A stretch of 64,000 bases of DNA from an uncultured virus (IMG/VR IMGVR_UViG_3300025816_000007). Its lineage: Duplodnaviria > Heunggongvirae > Uroviricota > Caudoviricetes. The translations under genes were made by a program, and so were the position numbers. Shown here one piece after another: positions 9,289-19,142 of this stretch (position 1 is its first letter; the number at the start of each line of letters is the position of its first letter). Under the pieces are notes generated by a model that was not told the origin of the DNA, did no database searches, and worked only from the letters and a program-made list of their open reading frames with translations. The stretch is taken from the IMG/VR virus record IMGVR_UViG_3300025816_000007; one strand, 5' to 3'.

Positions 9289-10038
9289 ATGGTTGACCCT
9301 GGATTTGCTGTCGCTTATGGCGGTTTTCTGTATTTGAAACACATCTGGGATACATGGAGAGCACATAAATTTGGAATTTACGGCATATGGGGAGTCGGAA
9401 AAACCACGCTGTCACGTCAGCTCTCAACAAGTGGAGAGCTAGAAGACATGAACTTAACCGGCGATACTGCCACAGAACACCCTTTCGACCCCGAACTTGG
9501 AAGATATCTTCCACCCCCTTCATCCAGAAAGCGCATTGCGTTAAAAAATACTAATACTCTAAAGATGGTGAACCGGACAATCCTATCAACTGATATTGGA
9601 GGCCAAATGAAGTATTTTTCACTTTGGCTTGAGGACATGGTTGGTAGGAATGTTGAAGCCGTCATTTGGCTTGTAGATCATAGACACCTGGCTAATCCTC
9701 AAGACACATCACAAGTTGATGCTTTCAATCGATTTGTAGAATGCATTGTTTCAAGAGATTACGGTTTTGAAACTAAATCTATGAAGAAGAAAGCAAAAAC
9801 ATATCGTCCGGCAGTAGTAGGTTTGGTGGCTAACAAAGCTGATGTATGGTTGGATGAAAACTGGGAAAATCATTGGAATACAAATCGAATGTCTGAACAC
9901 CCGATATTTGAACCATTTAAGCCAGGTCTTGCAAGATTGCAACGTGAAATGATTCCAACCATTAAGCGACCTGTTAGTGCGTTAAGGAATTGGTCTTGTG
10001 AGTCTACTGTATGGGATATAATGCAAGCTAAGATTTAG
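9289..10038 (+). CDS. Small (Ras/Arf-superfamily-like) GTPase with N-terminal hydrophobic anchor
   Basis: G1 GIWGVGKTT, G3 DIGGQ, G4 NKAD, G5 VSA. Confidence 0.88.
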   Translation: MVDPGFAVAYGGFLYLKHIWDTWRAHKFGIYGIWGVGKTTLSRQLSTSGELEDMNLTGDTATEHPFDPELGRYLPPPSSRKRIALKNTNTLKMVNRTILSTDIGGQMKYFSLWLEDMVGRNVEAVIWLVDHRHLANPQDTSQVDAFNRFVECIVSRDYGFETKSMKKKAKTYRPAVVGLVANKADVWLDENWENHWNTNRMSEHPIFEPFKPGLARLQREMIPTIKRPVSALRNWSCESTVWDIMQAKI

Positions 10039-10225
10039 TGTCGCAAAAAGGGCATTCTTCCCAATCAGAGTAAAACAACACAACTTTGCATTTTTTCCCA
10101 TTAGATTTGATACAATAAGGATACATCATTTCATATTCGCATTCGGCCATCAGTTACCCCCATGAGCGTAATAGATATAAGAGCTTCAGCTAATATTTCA
10201 CTATGCGGTTGATTTATGCGGACGA

Positions 10226-10954
10226 ATGCCTTGGCTTTACATGATGATGGACCCTCATGTGGACTACACCGCAAATGCGAAATTCGATTTCGACCAAGAT
10301 CCCGACCCGATAAAGCGACGGAAAAAAAATATCAAAAAGGCTAGAAAGTTCTTACGGCCTGCAAGAAAATATGGCTTCATCAAATTCAATGAACAAGGGC
10401 AATGCTGCGTCACTGGCATTATGTTGGCTGCGCTAGGGCCCGATGCATACAATGTCCCTTTGCTTGACCCTGACACAATGAAACCTATGGAGGGAGGGAA
10501 AACCCTTGCTTCTCAATTTTTCACAGATCATTTGAGTGGTAAACCCGCACCATTCACCGCCCTATCTAACATCGACTCAGGATATATGTTAATGTCAGGA
10601 TATGCCCCTGAGTTGCTGATGATTTATTGGCTCCTTACACAGTGGAAATTGGCCCAGCATATTGATAATCAAAGCCAACACTCGGTTTGGCTTTGGAAGA
10701 AGAGAAATATTAAGTTAGTTCCAATACAAAAAAAAGCCTCAACAACTAAATCAAAACCAAAATTAGTCGAGGCCATGGAACCGTTTTATCAGATGTGTTT
10801 AGAACACCAAGGGCAGGGGATTGAGATTATGGAAGTTAAGAATCACAGCACAGGCGAAGTTGACCTGTGCGGGATATGGCTAGACCTCAGATACATGCGA
10901 TATCTAGAAGAATTACAAGGGCAATCCTCTTTTGATGGAACAACATCGGAGTGA
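10226..10954 (+). CDS. Hypothetical protein (start may be 10244)
   Basis: 242-aa ORF; motif-like ATGCGGAC at 10216-10223. Confidence 0.6.
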   Translation: MPWLYMMMDPHVDYTANAKFDFDQDPDPIKRRKKNIKKARKFLRPARKYGFIKFNEQGQCCVTGIMLAALGPDAYNVPLLDPDTMKPMEGGKTLASQFFTDHLSGKPAPFTALSNIDSGYMLMSGYAPELLMIYWLLTQWKLAQHIDNQSQHSVWLWKKRNIKLVPIQKKASTTKSKPKLVEAMEPFYQMCLEHQGQGIEIMEVKNHSTGEVDLCGIWLDLRYMRYLEELQGQSSFDGTTSE

Positions 10955-11691
10955 CAAGGGCGGAGAGAAATATGGACGATTTTTTAGCAAATTCTGGACC
11001 TGCACCAATGGCAAGTCAACAACCATCAAATTACAACAATGTTTACATGAATGCTGCACCACAAGCAAGTAATGGCTGGCCGAACCAAGGCCAGCAACAG
11101 AATGTTCCTTGGGGCTCACCGGAACAATCGATGCAAACTGCGTCGATGATGTATCAACAAATGGGATATTACAGTGGAAACCCGACAGAGGTTGACATTA
11201 TATCGGATTTATTGAAAGCTCAAGCACCTGTCGCAAAGTTCTTGGCTTCTGAAAAAGGACTACTCATTTTGACACAATTGTTTTCCACTTTGTTTGATTA
11301 CAAAATGGTAAACTTCTTCAAAAACTTCAAACTTCAAGTTATGCAAGATGAAGCACAAAATATGTTCATCACGCCGGCACTGGAACAAACAACTGAGGCG
11401 GGAAAGAAACTAGCACAGTTTACATCTGCAGAGGTTCAAACTGAAATGTCAAGAATCACCGATTTACTGCGTGCAGAAATGCTGGCAAATTCAGAAGCAA
11501 CTATCCAAAGCCACCGACAAGCGGCGCAGTTGAAAGCGCAGTCTACCGGATTGAGTAGTTTGATAGACGAAGCTACGGGAGCAAAGCAGGGAGGAGGAGG
11601 ATTGGCTAAGCTTGTCAACTTCACTGCACGCTCAGTTGGGATGCCGATACCCCCATTGAACAATAATCCTCCGCCACCACCAGGAAGGTGA
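10951..11691 (+). CDS. Hypothetical protein with Q/N-rich N-terminus and polyproline C-terminus
   Basis: Low-complexity ends, helical core. Confidence 0.65.
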   Translation: MTRAERNMDDFLANSGPAPMASQQPSNYNNVYMNAAPQASNGWPNQGQQQNVPWGSPEQSMQTASMMYQQMGYYSGNPTEVDIISDLLKAQAPVAKFLASEKGLLILTQLFSTLFDYKMVNFFKNFKLQVMQDEAQNMFITPALEQTTEAGKKLAQFTSAEVQTEMSRITDLLRAEMLANSEATIQSHRQAAQLKAQSTGLSSLIDEATGAKQGGGGLAKLVNFTARSVGMPIPPLNNNPPPPPGR

Positions 11692-11695
11692 TTAG

Positions 11696-11977
11696 ATGAG
11701 TGAAGAAGTTGAAGATATTGGAGTCATTTTAGATCGCATAGGAAATAACCAGAAGCAAGAGGATTTGTCAGTATACACGCTGATGAATGAATGGTTTAAT
11801 CCTCGAAAGTCTTTGATGAAACATGTGATTGTCATTCAGATGATTGCATGTTTCATTGTAGGATTGTTTTTGATAGTTACAGCAGGTAACGACTTGAGCG
11901 CAGATTCCTTGATGGTAGTTGTATTAGGATTCATGGTATTTGTTGCGGCAGCATTCGGAGTTTATGGGAAGTTATAG
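11696..11977 (+). CDS. Two-TM membrane protein
   Basis: Two hydrophobic helices; SD AGGTGA. Confidence 0.7.
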   Translation: MSEEVEDIGVILDRIGNNQKQEDLSVYTLMNEWFNPRKSLMKHVIVIQMIACFIVGLFLIVTAGNDLSADSLMVVVLGFMVFVAAAFGVYGKL

Positions 11978-11980
11978 TGA

Positions 11981-12358
11981 GTGATTGTTATGAAGTTGAG
12001 ACGTGCAAAAGAAATAATTAGACAAGCCAAGCGTGACGAACGCAGAATGGGCACATCATTTTACAAAACTGTTACAGATGTGGATACCGGAGAAAGAAAA
12101 ATTGTTCCTGTGTATCAACACGGTATGCCTCATGCTGATTTTCCTAACAGTGGAACTCCCGTTTCAAATGCACTCGCAGTTTTGACAGGTATTGCTTCAA
12201 TTGCAATGTTAGGGTATAGTGGAATTCAACTTCAAAAGTCGTTGATTGGCAACGAGACGATAAATGAAAATCAGAAGAGGAACGCAGCATTGTTGGCACT
12301 CGGCGGGATTGCTGGTGCCTTCTCCCTCTCACCTGTAAGATACCAAATACAAAGCTAA
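11981..12358 (+). CDS. Membrane protein
   Basis: Two hydrophobic segments. Confidence 0.6.
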   Translation: MIVMKLRRAKEIIRQAKRDERRMGTSFYKTVTDVDTGERKIVPVYQHGMPHADFPNSGTPVSNALAVLTGIASIAMLGYSGIQLQKSLIGNETINENQKRNAALLALGGIAGAFSLSPVRYQIQS

Positions 12359-12359
12359 G

Positions 12360-12659
12360 GTGAGTCTCATGAATGAATTTGGAGTCCAAAACATACCAGT
12401 AAGAGATGGGAATGTTGATTTCAATTTCGTATCACACCCACCTGCACCTGAACCATCGATTAGAAGCCAGTTAGTGAACCTAGGTTCTACCGGCAAGTTA
12501 GGGCAAACAGGAAAGGTCGATAAAAAAAAGTTTACGATAACTCTAGGTGCAACTGGATTAACCGCATATTCGGCTTACCTAGCACGAGAAAAAAGGAACA
12601 GGCGATTGATTGAATCTGCCATAACCCTAGTTGTCGGTTTGTTTTGGTCTATGAGTTGA
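12360..12659 (+). CDS. Small membrane protein
   Basis: Hydrophobic C-terminus; NLGSTGKLGQTG motif. Confidence 0.6.
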   Translation: MSLMNEFGVQNIPVRDGNVDFNFVSHPPAPEPSIRSQLVNLGSTGKLGQTGKVDKKKFTITLGATGLTAYSAYLAREKRNRRLIESAITLVVGLFWSMS

Positions 12660-12663
12660 TTTA

Positions 12664-12828
12664 ATGTTCAATCAGCTTAGTGGTTCGCAAAAGTTAACTT
12701 TAGCAGTCACCTTCACGTACTTAGGAGTAACTGCTTTTCACGCAAGGGAAGGTCGAAAGGGTCTTGCACTAGCTTTCTTGGGATACAGTATTGCTAATGT
12801 AGGCATGATCTATGCGGAAGGAAACTAA
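12664..12828 (+). CDS. Small membrane protein (54 aa, not in ORF track)
   Basis: MFNQLSG...LALAFLGYSIANVGMIY; fills the gap between convergent operons. Confidence 0.6.
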   Translation: MFNQLSGSQKLTLAVTFTYLGVTAFHAREGRKGLALAFLGYSIANVGMIYAEGN

Positions 12829-13026
12829 TCACTCCTGGTGCCACACACAAGTTTTTTTTCCGTTTAATCTCCAGTGACCGCACCTTACACCCTTTATGTT
12901 ATTGGCTATGCACCGGTATTCTTCCGAAGGCCCTTTCATCCTACATTTAGAGCAAATAGACATTGATGTACTTTGTGGCTTTTTACGGTATCGCCTATTG
13001 CATAATATACACACTTCAACGGCCAT
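12829..13026 (-). CDS. Small Zn-finger protein
   Basis: CILC, CSKC, C..C..CVWH. Confidence 0.65.
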   Translation of the reverse strand: MAVEVCILCNRRYRKKPQSTSMSICSKCRMKGPSEEYRCIANNIKGVRCGHWRLNGKKTCVWHQE

Positions 13027-13615
13027 TCCGACCTCTCCGAGGCCTCATTGACATCAATGAATCAACAACTAATTTGTCTGCGGTAATCTTTTGTAATTCC
13101 TTACGGGTCTTTTTCTTTACATCGGGGTTCCAGTCTTTCCTGTCAAGAGTAATATCCCTAACAAATGCACCTCGCCTGCTGTCTTTTCTTTCGACTTGAA
13201 TGTGTACAATCCTCAACGATACAAAACTATATCCTGAAAAGTCACGCCATTTTTCAAAAAACTCATCGCATAATTCTAGTGCACTTTCATAGTCCAAGCA
13301 TACTTCTTCTATACCACCATTGACCCCCTCTTTTGTTTTTTCACCACAATGGCCGCACCGCAAAGGCATTCGATTATTGAATAAAATGTATATGTCCTTA
13401 TATTTGCCCCTAAGACGATCCCATAACTTCGGCTTCTTGTATGAAACCTGGGCGGTCAGCAAGTTTTGTAATTCGTGCTGATGCATTTTGGTTAGCTTCT
13501 CAATCCTATCTTTGTAATGGATAGTGGTTTCTTCATTTGCTCTTTGTAAAGCAAGCTGGAACTCCAGGTTATCTTTTATTGTTGCTTTTTGGTCTTGTGT
13601 AGTTTTCTCACTCAT
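13016..13615 (-). CDS. Hypothetical protein
   Basis: 199-aa ORF with SD; CGHC. Confidence 0.6.
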   Translation of the reverse strand: MSEKTTQDQKATIKDNLEFQLALQRANEETTIHYKDRIEKLTKMHQHELQNLLTAQVSYKKPKLWDRLRGKYKDIYILFNNRMPLRCGHCGEKTKEGVNGGIEEVCLDYESALELCDEFFEKWRDFSGYSFVSLRIVHIQVERKDSRRGAFVRDITLDRKDWNPDVKKKTRKELQKITADKLVVDSLMSMRPRRGRNGR

Positions 13616-13791
13616 AGTTCCCTCTCCTGTTCACTTTTCCATTCTTGATATTTATCGAATCCATAAATTCCAGAGATTACAAACCCCATTACTGCAAATG
13701 GAATGCTATTGATGTAAAATCCAGCGCCGATTGTCAAAAGTCCAATTCTAGCAAAGGTTTTTTTGAATCTGTTTTCCAGTGTGTTTAACAT
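13612..13791 (-). CDS. Small membrane protein (59 aa, not in ORF track)
   Basis: MLNTLENRFKKTFARIGLLTIGAG...; ATGA-coupled to the downstream gene. Confidence 0.55.
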   Translation of the reverse strand: MLNTLENRFKKTFARIGLLTIGAGFYINSIPFAVMGFVISGIYGFDKYQEWKSEQEREL

Positions 13792-13792
13792 T

Positions 13793-14230
13793 TTATACCC
13801 CCATTTTCCTATCCCAATCTCTCACTTCATAGGTAGGAACTAAGTCCATTCCTTTACTTTTGCACAAACCGCAAGACCCCTTGAATCTTTGAAATCCTTC
13901 ACACGCTTTTTTTGTACAAACATAATACTTGGTTGGTATAGGAATCGACTCAAAAAAAGTATCTTTCATTTCACATTCGACAAAACACCATTTGATTTTG
14001 AAATAGTCAGTATCGTTTTCATCCAAATCATTCGCTGCCATTTTCTGTGCTTTCTCTAATGTTTCAAAAGGACCATGGCATGCACCTAGAGCTTGCATTG
14101 GCATCAGAATTACTTTTGCTGTGTATGAATCAAATTGTTTTATTTTTTCTTCTAAGTCATGTTTGACATTTGAACTAGTTTTGTAATCAAGGCCTAAAAG
14201 AGTCAGGTTGATGGCATAGAAAGCTGTCAT
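13793..14230 (-). CDS. Hypothetical protein with C-terminal Zn-finger
   Basis: CTKKAC...CGLC. Confidence 0.6.
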   Translation of the reverse strand: MTAFYAINLTLLGLDYKTSSNVKHDLEEKIKQFDSYTAKVILMPMQALGACHGPFETLEKAQKMAANDLDENDTDYFKIKWCFVECEMKDTFFESIPIPTKYYVCTKKACEGFQRFKGSCGLCKSKGMDLVPTYEVRDWDRKMGV

Positions 14231-14463
14231 TTGTTTTCCCCCTGTAGTTCTCTTAAAGTTTGAGATATTCGCATTGCTTGTTGCTTAAGGTCTTCTGTCG
14301 TAATTGCGAGATCTTTCTTTGTAAAAAATGCCACTAGCCATTCAACGGCAGTGCCTACAATCAAACTCAAGCCAAACGATTCCGAAAAATTCATACTTGT
14401 AGCCGCCCATATCAAAGAAATAAAACCAACAACCGCCCCTGCGATTATTGAAATGTGTCTCAC
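14227..14463 (-). CDS. Small two-TM protein
   Basis: Hydrophobic N-terminal hairpin. Confidence 0.6.
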   Translation of the reverse strand: MRHISIIAGAVVGFISLIWAATSMNFSESFGLSLIVGTAVEWLVAFFTKKDLAITTEDLKQQAMRISQTLRELQGENK

Positions 14464-14612
14464 TCTTCTTCCCCCCCATACACCATACCAACGGCCTCTC
14501 CATAGTTAATCAACATTTTATGTGGCTGAGGAACAGAAGAATCGGGATATAAAACACGGCCTAGCAAATACAGAAAGGAACAAAACAGTAATCCAACAAT
14601 TATTTCAATCAT
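14460..14612 (-). CDS. Small membrane protein (50 aa, not in ORF track)
   Basis: MIEIIVGLLFCSFLYLLG...GGEEE; overlaps both neighbours. Confidence 0.5.
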   Translation of the reverse strand: MIEIIVGLLFCSFLYLLGRVLYPDSSVPQPHKMLINYGEAVGMVYGGEEE

Positions 14613-14790
14613 TTATTCTCCTCCAATGCCTATTTAGCTCGTGCACCGCCCATCGATGAGAATTTTGATAATATTCAGGAAGTCCTTCTCTTTCTTCATA
14701 AAGTAATTCAAACACTCCGATAATAGGTTCTGACAATATTTTTGCAACTTGTTTTGTGTAATTATTTTGCCACTTAGTTCCAATCATCAC
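14605..14790 (-). CDS. Small hypothetical protein
   Basis: 61-aa coupled ORF. Confidence 0.55.
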   Translation of the reverse strand: MMIGTKWQNNYTKQVAKILSEPIIGVFELLYEEREGLPEYYQNSHRWAVHELNRHWRRIND

Positions 14791-15611
14791 TCTTCCTCCT
14801 GTATCGTACCGTTAAGTCGAGATTCAATATCATTAGCTTCATCAACCGTTAAAAATAATATTGGTTCCCACTTGGATTCCTCATCTGGTTTTTCTTTTCC
14901 AAAGATGTATAAGTGCCTCCTATTAATTATGTTAGTCACAGTCCCATAAGACCAGATTACATTGTTTTTCCTTGTCCTAATACTCGATTCAACGAGGAAA
15001 TTACATATTTGTGCGACAGTTGAACCCTCTAATATTTTATCAAAAATAAGCCGTACTACTGCCGCTTCTTCATCATTTACTATTAGTTGACCTTTGTTTG
15101 TCCTGTTACCGTTGTCGTCATACTCAACTGGGATATTGTACCCATATGGAGCACCGCCAATATAGCGGCCAATATTTCTAGCAGCACCCTGGCCCATAAT
15201 CACACGTTCACTAATTTGTTCACGCTCCATTTGTGCTAATGAGGACATCACATTCATTATAAATCGGCCATATGGAGTGCTGGTATCAACTTGCTCTGTG
15301 ACACTAGCCACATAGCAATCATTCTTGCCCACTGAATCGAAAAATTGAACCTGGTTCCGAAGATTTCTATTAAGACGATCTAACTTCCAAACATACACAA
15401 TATCCCATTCAGATTTCATGTTGTTAACCATTGTTTGATAATTCGGCCTATGTTCAAAGGTACTACCTGAACCCACATCATAGTAAGAATTTACAACATC
15501 ATGCCCATGTAATTCAATTAATTGTATGCATTGCCTGTGTTGTTCATCCAATGAATGTCCATCTTGAGCTTGGTCCGAAGTAGACACTCTTGTATAAATG
15601 ACAGCCCTCAT
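14787..15611 (-). CDS. Serine recombinase (resolvase catalytic domain plus recombinase DNA-binding domain)
   Basis: MRAVIYTRVST, SGS..RP, KLDRLNR, ERE.ISER, GG.PYGY; start reassigned to MRAVIY. Confidence 0.93.
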   Translation of the reverse strand: MRAVIYTRVSTSDQAQDGHSLDEQHRQCIQLIELHGHDVVNSYYDVGSGSTFEHRPNYQTMVNNMKSEWDIVYVWKLDRLNRNLRNQVQFFDSVGKNDCYVASVTEQVDTSTPYGRFIMNVMSSLAQMEREQISERVIMGQGAARNIGRYIGGAPYGYNIPVEYDDNGNRTNKGQLIVNDEEAAVVRLIFDKILEGSTVAQICNFLVESSIRTRKNNVIWSYGTVTNIINRRHLYIFGKEKPDEESKWEPILFLTVDEANDIESRLNGTIQEEE

Positions 15612-15630
15612 AAAACAATTCATGGGACTT

Positions 15631-15638
15631 ATCCCTTT
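15631..15638 (-). promoter_or_regulatory. AAAGGGAT motif, 19 nt before the recombinase ATG
   Basis: ATG at 15611. Confidence 0.6.
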
Positions 15639-15898
15639 AAGCCTGTTCATTATGGACATAAAAATTACACTCCATGCTAAATGGAGAACCCACTCCCTAG
15701 CCCCATTTGTAATAAAACCCAAGAGGCACTCCCCCGTTCATAACAAAGCACCTGTACCGCAACCAATAGCCATAGGGTTCATGTAAAAAATGTAGCATTT
15801 TATATTATTTTTATGACCCACATACTCTATACAATGTATTTTTTATTGTAATTATAATTTCTTTACATAAAACGCATAATTTACATAGAAGGTATTAT

Positions 15899-16831
15899 TT
15901 GAGGCAGATACTACGCATATATAGTTCGCACCTTGTTGCGCCTTGTTGCATGGAGTTGCATGAGATGTTTGAAAAAATACCCTACTTATTCAAAAATAAG
16001 GCCGGAAAAAGGATATTACAAAGTAACAAACAATACCACATATCAAATTATCCAGATTCGACCAAAACTATGTGTGGAGAAGACATGGGGTCACACTGGG
16101 ACATTACCACATTTGGGTTTCGCCCAGGATTAAGCGGGGTTGTATCAATATCGGAAAAAGGTCAGCTGTTAGATAAAATGGGTATAACATACCATTCCTA
16201 TGACCTCTGCCCAAAGTGTTTTTCTTGTTTAGAATCGGTTGAAGAACCTGCGTGGAAGAAGGTCCTTGAGCACAATTTTCAAAGAATGGATCCATTTAGA
16301 GTATCAGATATTTATGATACAGCAGAGGTAGTGAAGGCTCCTTCAAATTATGTGATGGGGTGGTGTAATGTGCAGAGGCCGGCTCATAGAGATAAAAAGG
16401 GGATTTACCGTAAATACAGGAATTTCAACACGCCAGTAATGGTTATTCGCAAGGATATTGCAAGTGTTTTAGCAAATGAGCTTTTCATTTTAAGAAAGGG
16501 CATCGAACACGTGTGGATGAATGCAAAAGTGGCAATAGAACTCTATTCCCTTGAAGACTGCCACTTCCTAGGTTCAATGCGAGAGGGAAGATTCACTTTT
16601 TGTAATTTCTTTACCCAAACACCCCCCCTTGAAGGGGTAAAAGTCAAAAAACTTGCAATTCAAGAATTCTTAACTTTTATCAGAGGTTACGAGTTAGACA
16701 AAAAATGCAATTGTAAAGAACCAATTGAATTTATTTTGCATGAGACATGGAATGTGCCAAAGACTGGTTGTAAAGCATGTAATGTAGCTGAAACACAAAA
16801 GCCAAATTTAGAATTACGAGACTTCGATTAA
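15899..16831 (+). CDS. Hypothetical Cys-containing protein
   Basis: Long ORF divergent from the recombinase; CPKC, CNC, CKAC; start uncertain. Confidence 0.6.
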   Translation: MRQILRIYSSHLVAPCCMELHEMFEKIPYLFKNKAGKRILQSNKQYHISNYPDSTKTMCGEDMGSHWDITTFGFRPGLSGVVSISEKGQLLDKMGITYHSYDLCPKCFSCLESVEEPAWKKVLEHNFQRMDPFRVSDIYDTAEVVKAPSNYVMGWCNVQRPAHRDKKGIYRKYRNFNTPVMVIRKDIASVLANELFILRKGIEHVWMNAKVAIELYSLEDCHFLGSMREGRFTFCNFFTQTPPLEGVKVKKLAIQEFLTFIRGYELDKKCNCKEPIEFILHETWNVPKTGCKACNVAETQKPNLELRDFD

Positions 16832-17005
16832 AATAAGTCTATGTGTCTTGCAAACAGCACAGATTTCCGTATAGCCCACGCCTACATGTTCGATGATTTG
16901 CAGTTCTTTCTTACAATTATGGCAAAGTTGCATAATATCAAACCTTTCTGAACATAAGAAGCAGGCTACCATAAGGGCTGTTGTCAAAAGCATATAGGTC
17001 AGCAT
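16814..17005 (-). CDS. Small Zn-finger protein
   Basis: CHNC...CAVC; start uncertain. Confidence 0.4.
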   Translation of the reverse strand: MLTYMLLTTALMVACFLCSERFDIMQLCHNCKKELQIIEHVGVGYTEICAVCKTHRLILIEVS

Positions 17006-17378
17006 GTCTAATCACTCCACCTTGGCCCATTTTGGATAACCAAAAGTTGCTTCCTGTTTCCCTTCTAGCACCATGTTTTACATCAATATGACCGTTTACA
17101 TTAAAGCCAAAAATTGCTACATCTGCATCTGCTTCGCTATTTGTTGGGACGAACCCATGCTTGTGATAAAAAACGATAAATTCAGAAAAGGAAGAAGTGC
17201 CATCGTAGTCAAGATCTATCTCTGTCCATACCCAACGCTTTTCTTCACCAATTGTAAAAGCTATACAGTTAAATGTATTATTAAATCGCTCCACAATTTC
17301 GACGGTCAAACCAGGGAATTGATTCCTGTATGTTTTCATCAACTGCGGAATCGATTTTTTTAGTCCTCTTAGCATCAA
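16938..17378 (-). CDS. Hypothetical protein
   Basis: 146-aa ORF in operon. Confidence 0.55.
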   Translation of the reverse strand: MMLRGLKKSIPQLMKTYRNQFPGLTVEIVERFNNTFNCIAFTIGEEKRWVWTEIDLDYDGTSSFSEFIVFYHKHGFVPTNSEADADVAIFGFNVNGHIDVKHGARRETGSNFWLSKMGQGGVIRHADLYAFDNSPYGSLLLMFRKV

Positions 17379-17387
17379 ATCAACCCA

Positions 17388-17897
17388 TCATTCGAAAATA
17401 GTACGAACCCGGACCATAATCACATACGCTATTGAACTTGTACGACCACTGCCCTTTGTTTCAGTTACTGTGCACGTAGTTAAGAAATCTTGCGTGACTT
17501 CCCCGCCCTCAGCACTGCTACATGTGATTGTTAATATGGGTTGGAAAGTGCCGGCGTTGGTTGCCCCTCCAGAGACTACAGTACTGCCTCCACCGCCCTT
17601 GAGTCCAGAGGACGACATTGACCACGAATAGGTCAAGCCGGTATCATTTCCAGATGGTTCTCGATATATTTTTAAATCTATGTCGCCGGCAGAGGTGGTA
17701 AATGAGCTGCCGGCTGTAGCATCGCCGATTTGAAGTGTAACCAAGAAATCAAAGGGAAAATCAGTGTATTCCCTACTAGATTTTCTTTGGGAATTGCCAC
17801 TGACTTCATCCGTTAAACGAAATCTCAGTGGACCCAAACCAAACTTTTCTTGAACTCCAGGATTGGCGAAATACATATCAAACACCCAGGACCACAT
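17388..17897 (-). CDS. Beta-rich putative virion protein
   Basis: T/S/G-rich beta-strand pattern next to the fiber-like gene. Confidence 0.5.
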   Translation of the reverse strand: MWSWVFDMYFANPGVQEKFGLGPLRFRLTDEVSGNSQRKSSREYTDFPFDFLVTLQIGDATAGSSFTTSAGDIDLKIYREPSGNDTGLTYSWSMSSSGLKGGGGSTVVSGGATNAGTFQPILTITCSSAEGGEVTQDFLTTCTVTETKGSGRTSSIAYVIMVRVRTIFE

Positions 17898-18426
17898 AAT
17901 TGTTTGTTGATGTTTGAACTGCTGTCACAGAGCTGTATTGACTAACTGTGATGTCTCCTTGTCCCCCATTCATTGTATCGCCATTTCCCGCCCCACTGCC
18001 AGTACGAAGAGTGAATGAGTTCGCAGAAGAAGCAATTATAGTAAAATGTGTACCTGTAGTAGGACCATTTGGTAGAGTGATTACAATTCCGCTGCCACTT
18101 ACCGTAACATAGTAACCAGCATGGTTGCCAACAGACAAAGATGTACTGCTAGTAAGGGCGACAATTTTCAACCTAGGCGCTCTAAAAAAGCCGGCAGTAC
18201 CAAGCAGGGTTAGATCAGCGCCATCGGCTAGAGTTACATCGGCAGTCGTAGTCAACTGACCTGTGATAGCCAAAGTAGTGCCATCAAAAGTAGCATTAGC
18301 TTCGCCAACTAAACCACCAGAACCGTCAGATGTAATTACTCTGTTGTTTGCTTCGTTAGAAACCGTGACAGAACTTCCTCCGCCTCCGCCACCAGAATAC
18401 TTTTTAGCCAAATCTTCAACTCCCAA
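17878..18426 (-). CDS. Spike/fiber-like virion protein
   Basis: NNRVITSDGSGGLVGEANATFDGTTL and ITLP..PTTGTHFTII segments resemble marine virus fiber proteins. Confidence 0.6.
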   Translation of the reverse strand: MGVEDLAKKYSGGGGGGSSVTVSNEANNRVITSDGSGGLVGEANATFDGTTLAITGQLTTTADVTLADGADLTLLGTAGFFRAPRLKIVALTSSTSLSVGNHAGYYVTVSGSGIVITLPNGPTTGTHFTIIASSANSFTLRTGSGAGNGDTMNGGQGDITVSQYSSVTAVQTSTNNYVVLGV

Positions 18427-19141
18427 AAATTGTAATTGTAGAGTCGTTCGTGCCCTTCACAAAGATGTTTGATGGTTCAGTCATTTCAAATGTCATTGCT
18501 GCGCTTGATGCTAATGTTGCTGTAGGAAACAATGAAAATCTAGAGGATGGAACAGCTACTTCGTGTAATCCATGTTCTTTTGTAGCATCGACATAAATAC
18601 CTATTGCATTTGTTGTATCATTATTCACAACTGTAATGTCTCGGTCCACTCTTAACGGGGGTAATTTAAAAGTTGTATCGAAAGTAAGTGCTGCATCATT
18701 AGCAGGGGTGCTTGCTAAGTTTCCAGATTTACTCCTCTTGAAATATATTGTAGTCACACTAGGGGCTATGAAAACTTTGAAGACTGTACTGTTAGTGACA
18801 GAAGTCACTAAATATGTGCCAGCAACTCCGGCGATTGTAAAAAACATGCCTCTGCAGATGGATCCAGTGCCGCCATCGATAACAAGTTTAGCCGTTGCAT
18901 CTAAGTCTTTGAATTGTCCGTTCTCTGAAGAAAAATGATTCCCTTCTGATGGATAATCAAGGCCGGGAGTACCAGTTGTACCACCAGTGCCGTCAGAGAC
19001 CACAAGATTCTCTGCTTGGACGGCGGCTAGGGCTTCGTCTCCTGACAATTGGCCGGCTCCAGCTACCGCATACGATGTTGGCCCAATCGTAATGTTGCAG
19101 GCGAATGCGTTTTTGCTTACAAGTCTATTTTTACGACTCAT
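18416..19141 (-). CDS. Putative virion structural protein
   Basis: Beta-rich, T/G/A-rich; start MSRKN. Confidence 0.5.
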   Translation of the reverse strand: MSRKNRLVSKNAFACNITIGPTSYAVAGAGQLSGDEALAAVQAENLVVSDGTGGTTGTPGLDYPSEGNHFSSENGQFKDLDATAKLVIDGGTGSICRGMFFTIAGVAGTYLVTSVTNSTVFKVFIAPSVTTIYFKRSKSGNLASTPANDAALTFDTTFKLPPLRVDRDITVVNNDTTNAIGIYVDATKEHGLHEVAVPSSRFSLFPTATLASSAAMTFEMTEPSNIFVKGTNDSTITIFGS

Positions 19142-19142
19142 T

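Noticed and set aside
14787..16831. IS607-type transposon
   Set aside because: No N-terminal MerR-like HTH, no TnpB/RuvC motifs in neighbours, no evident ends
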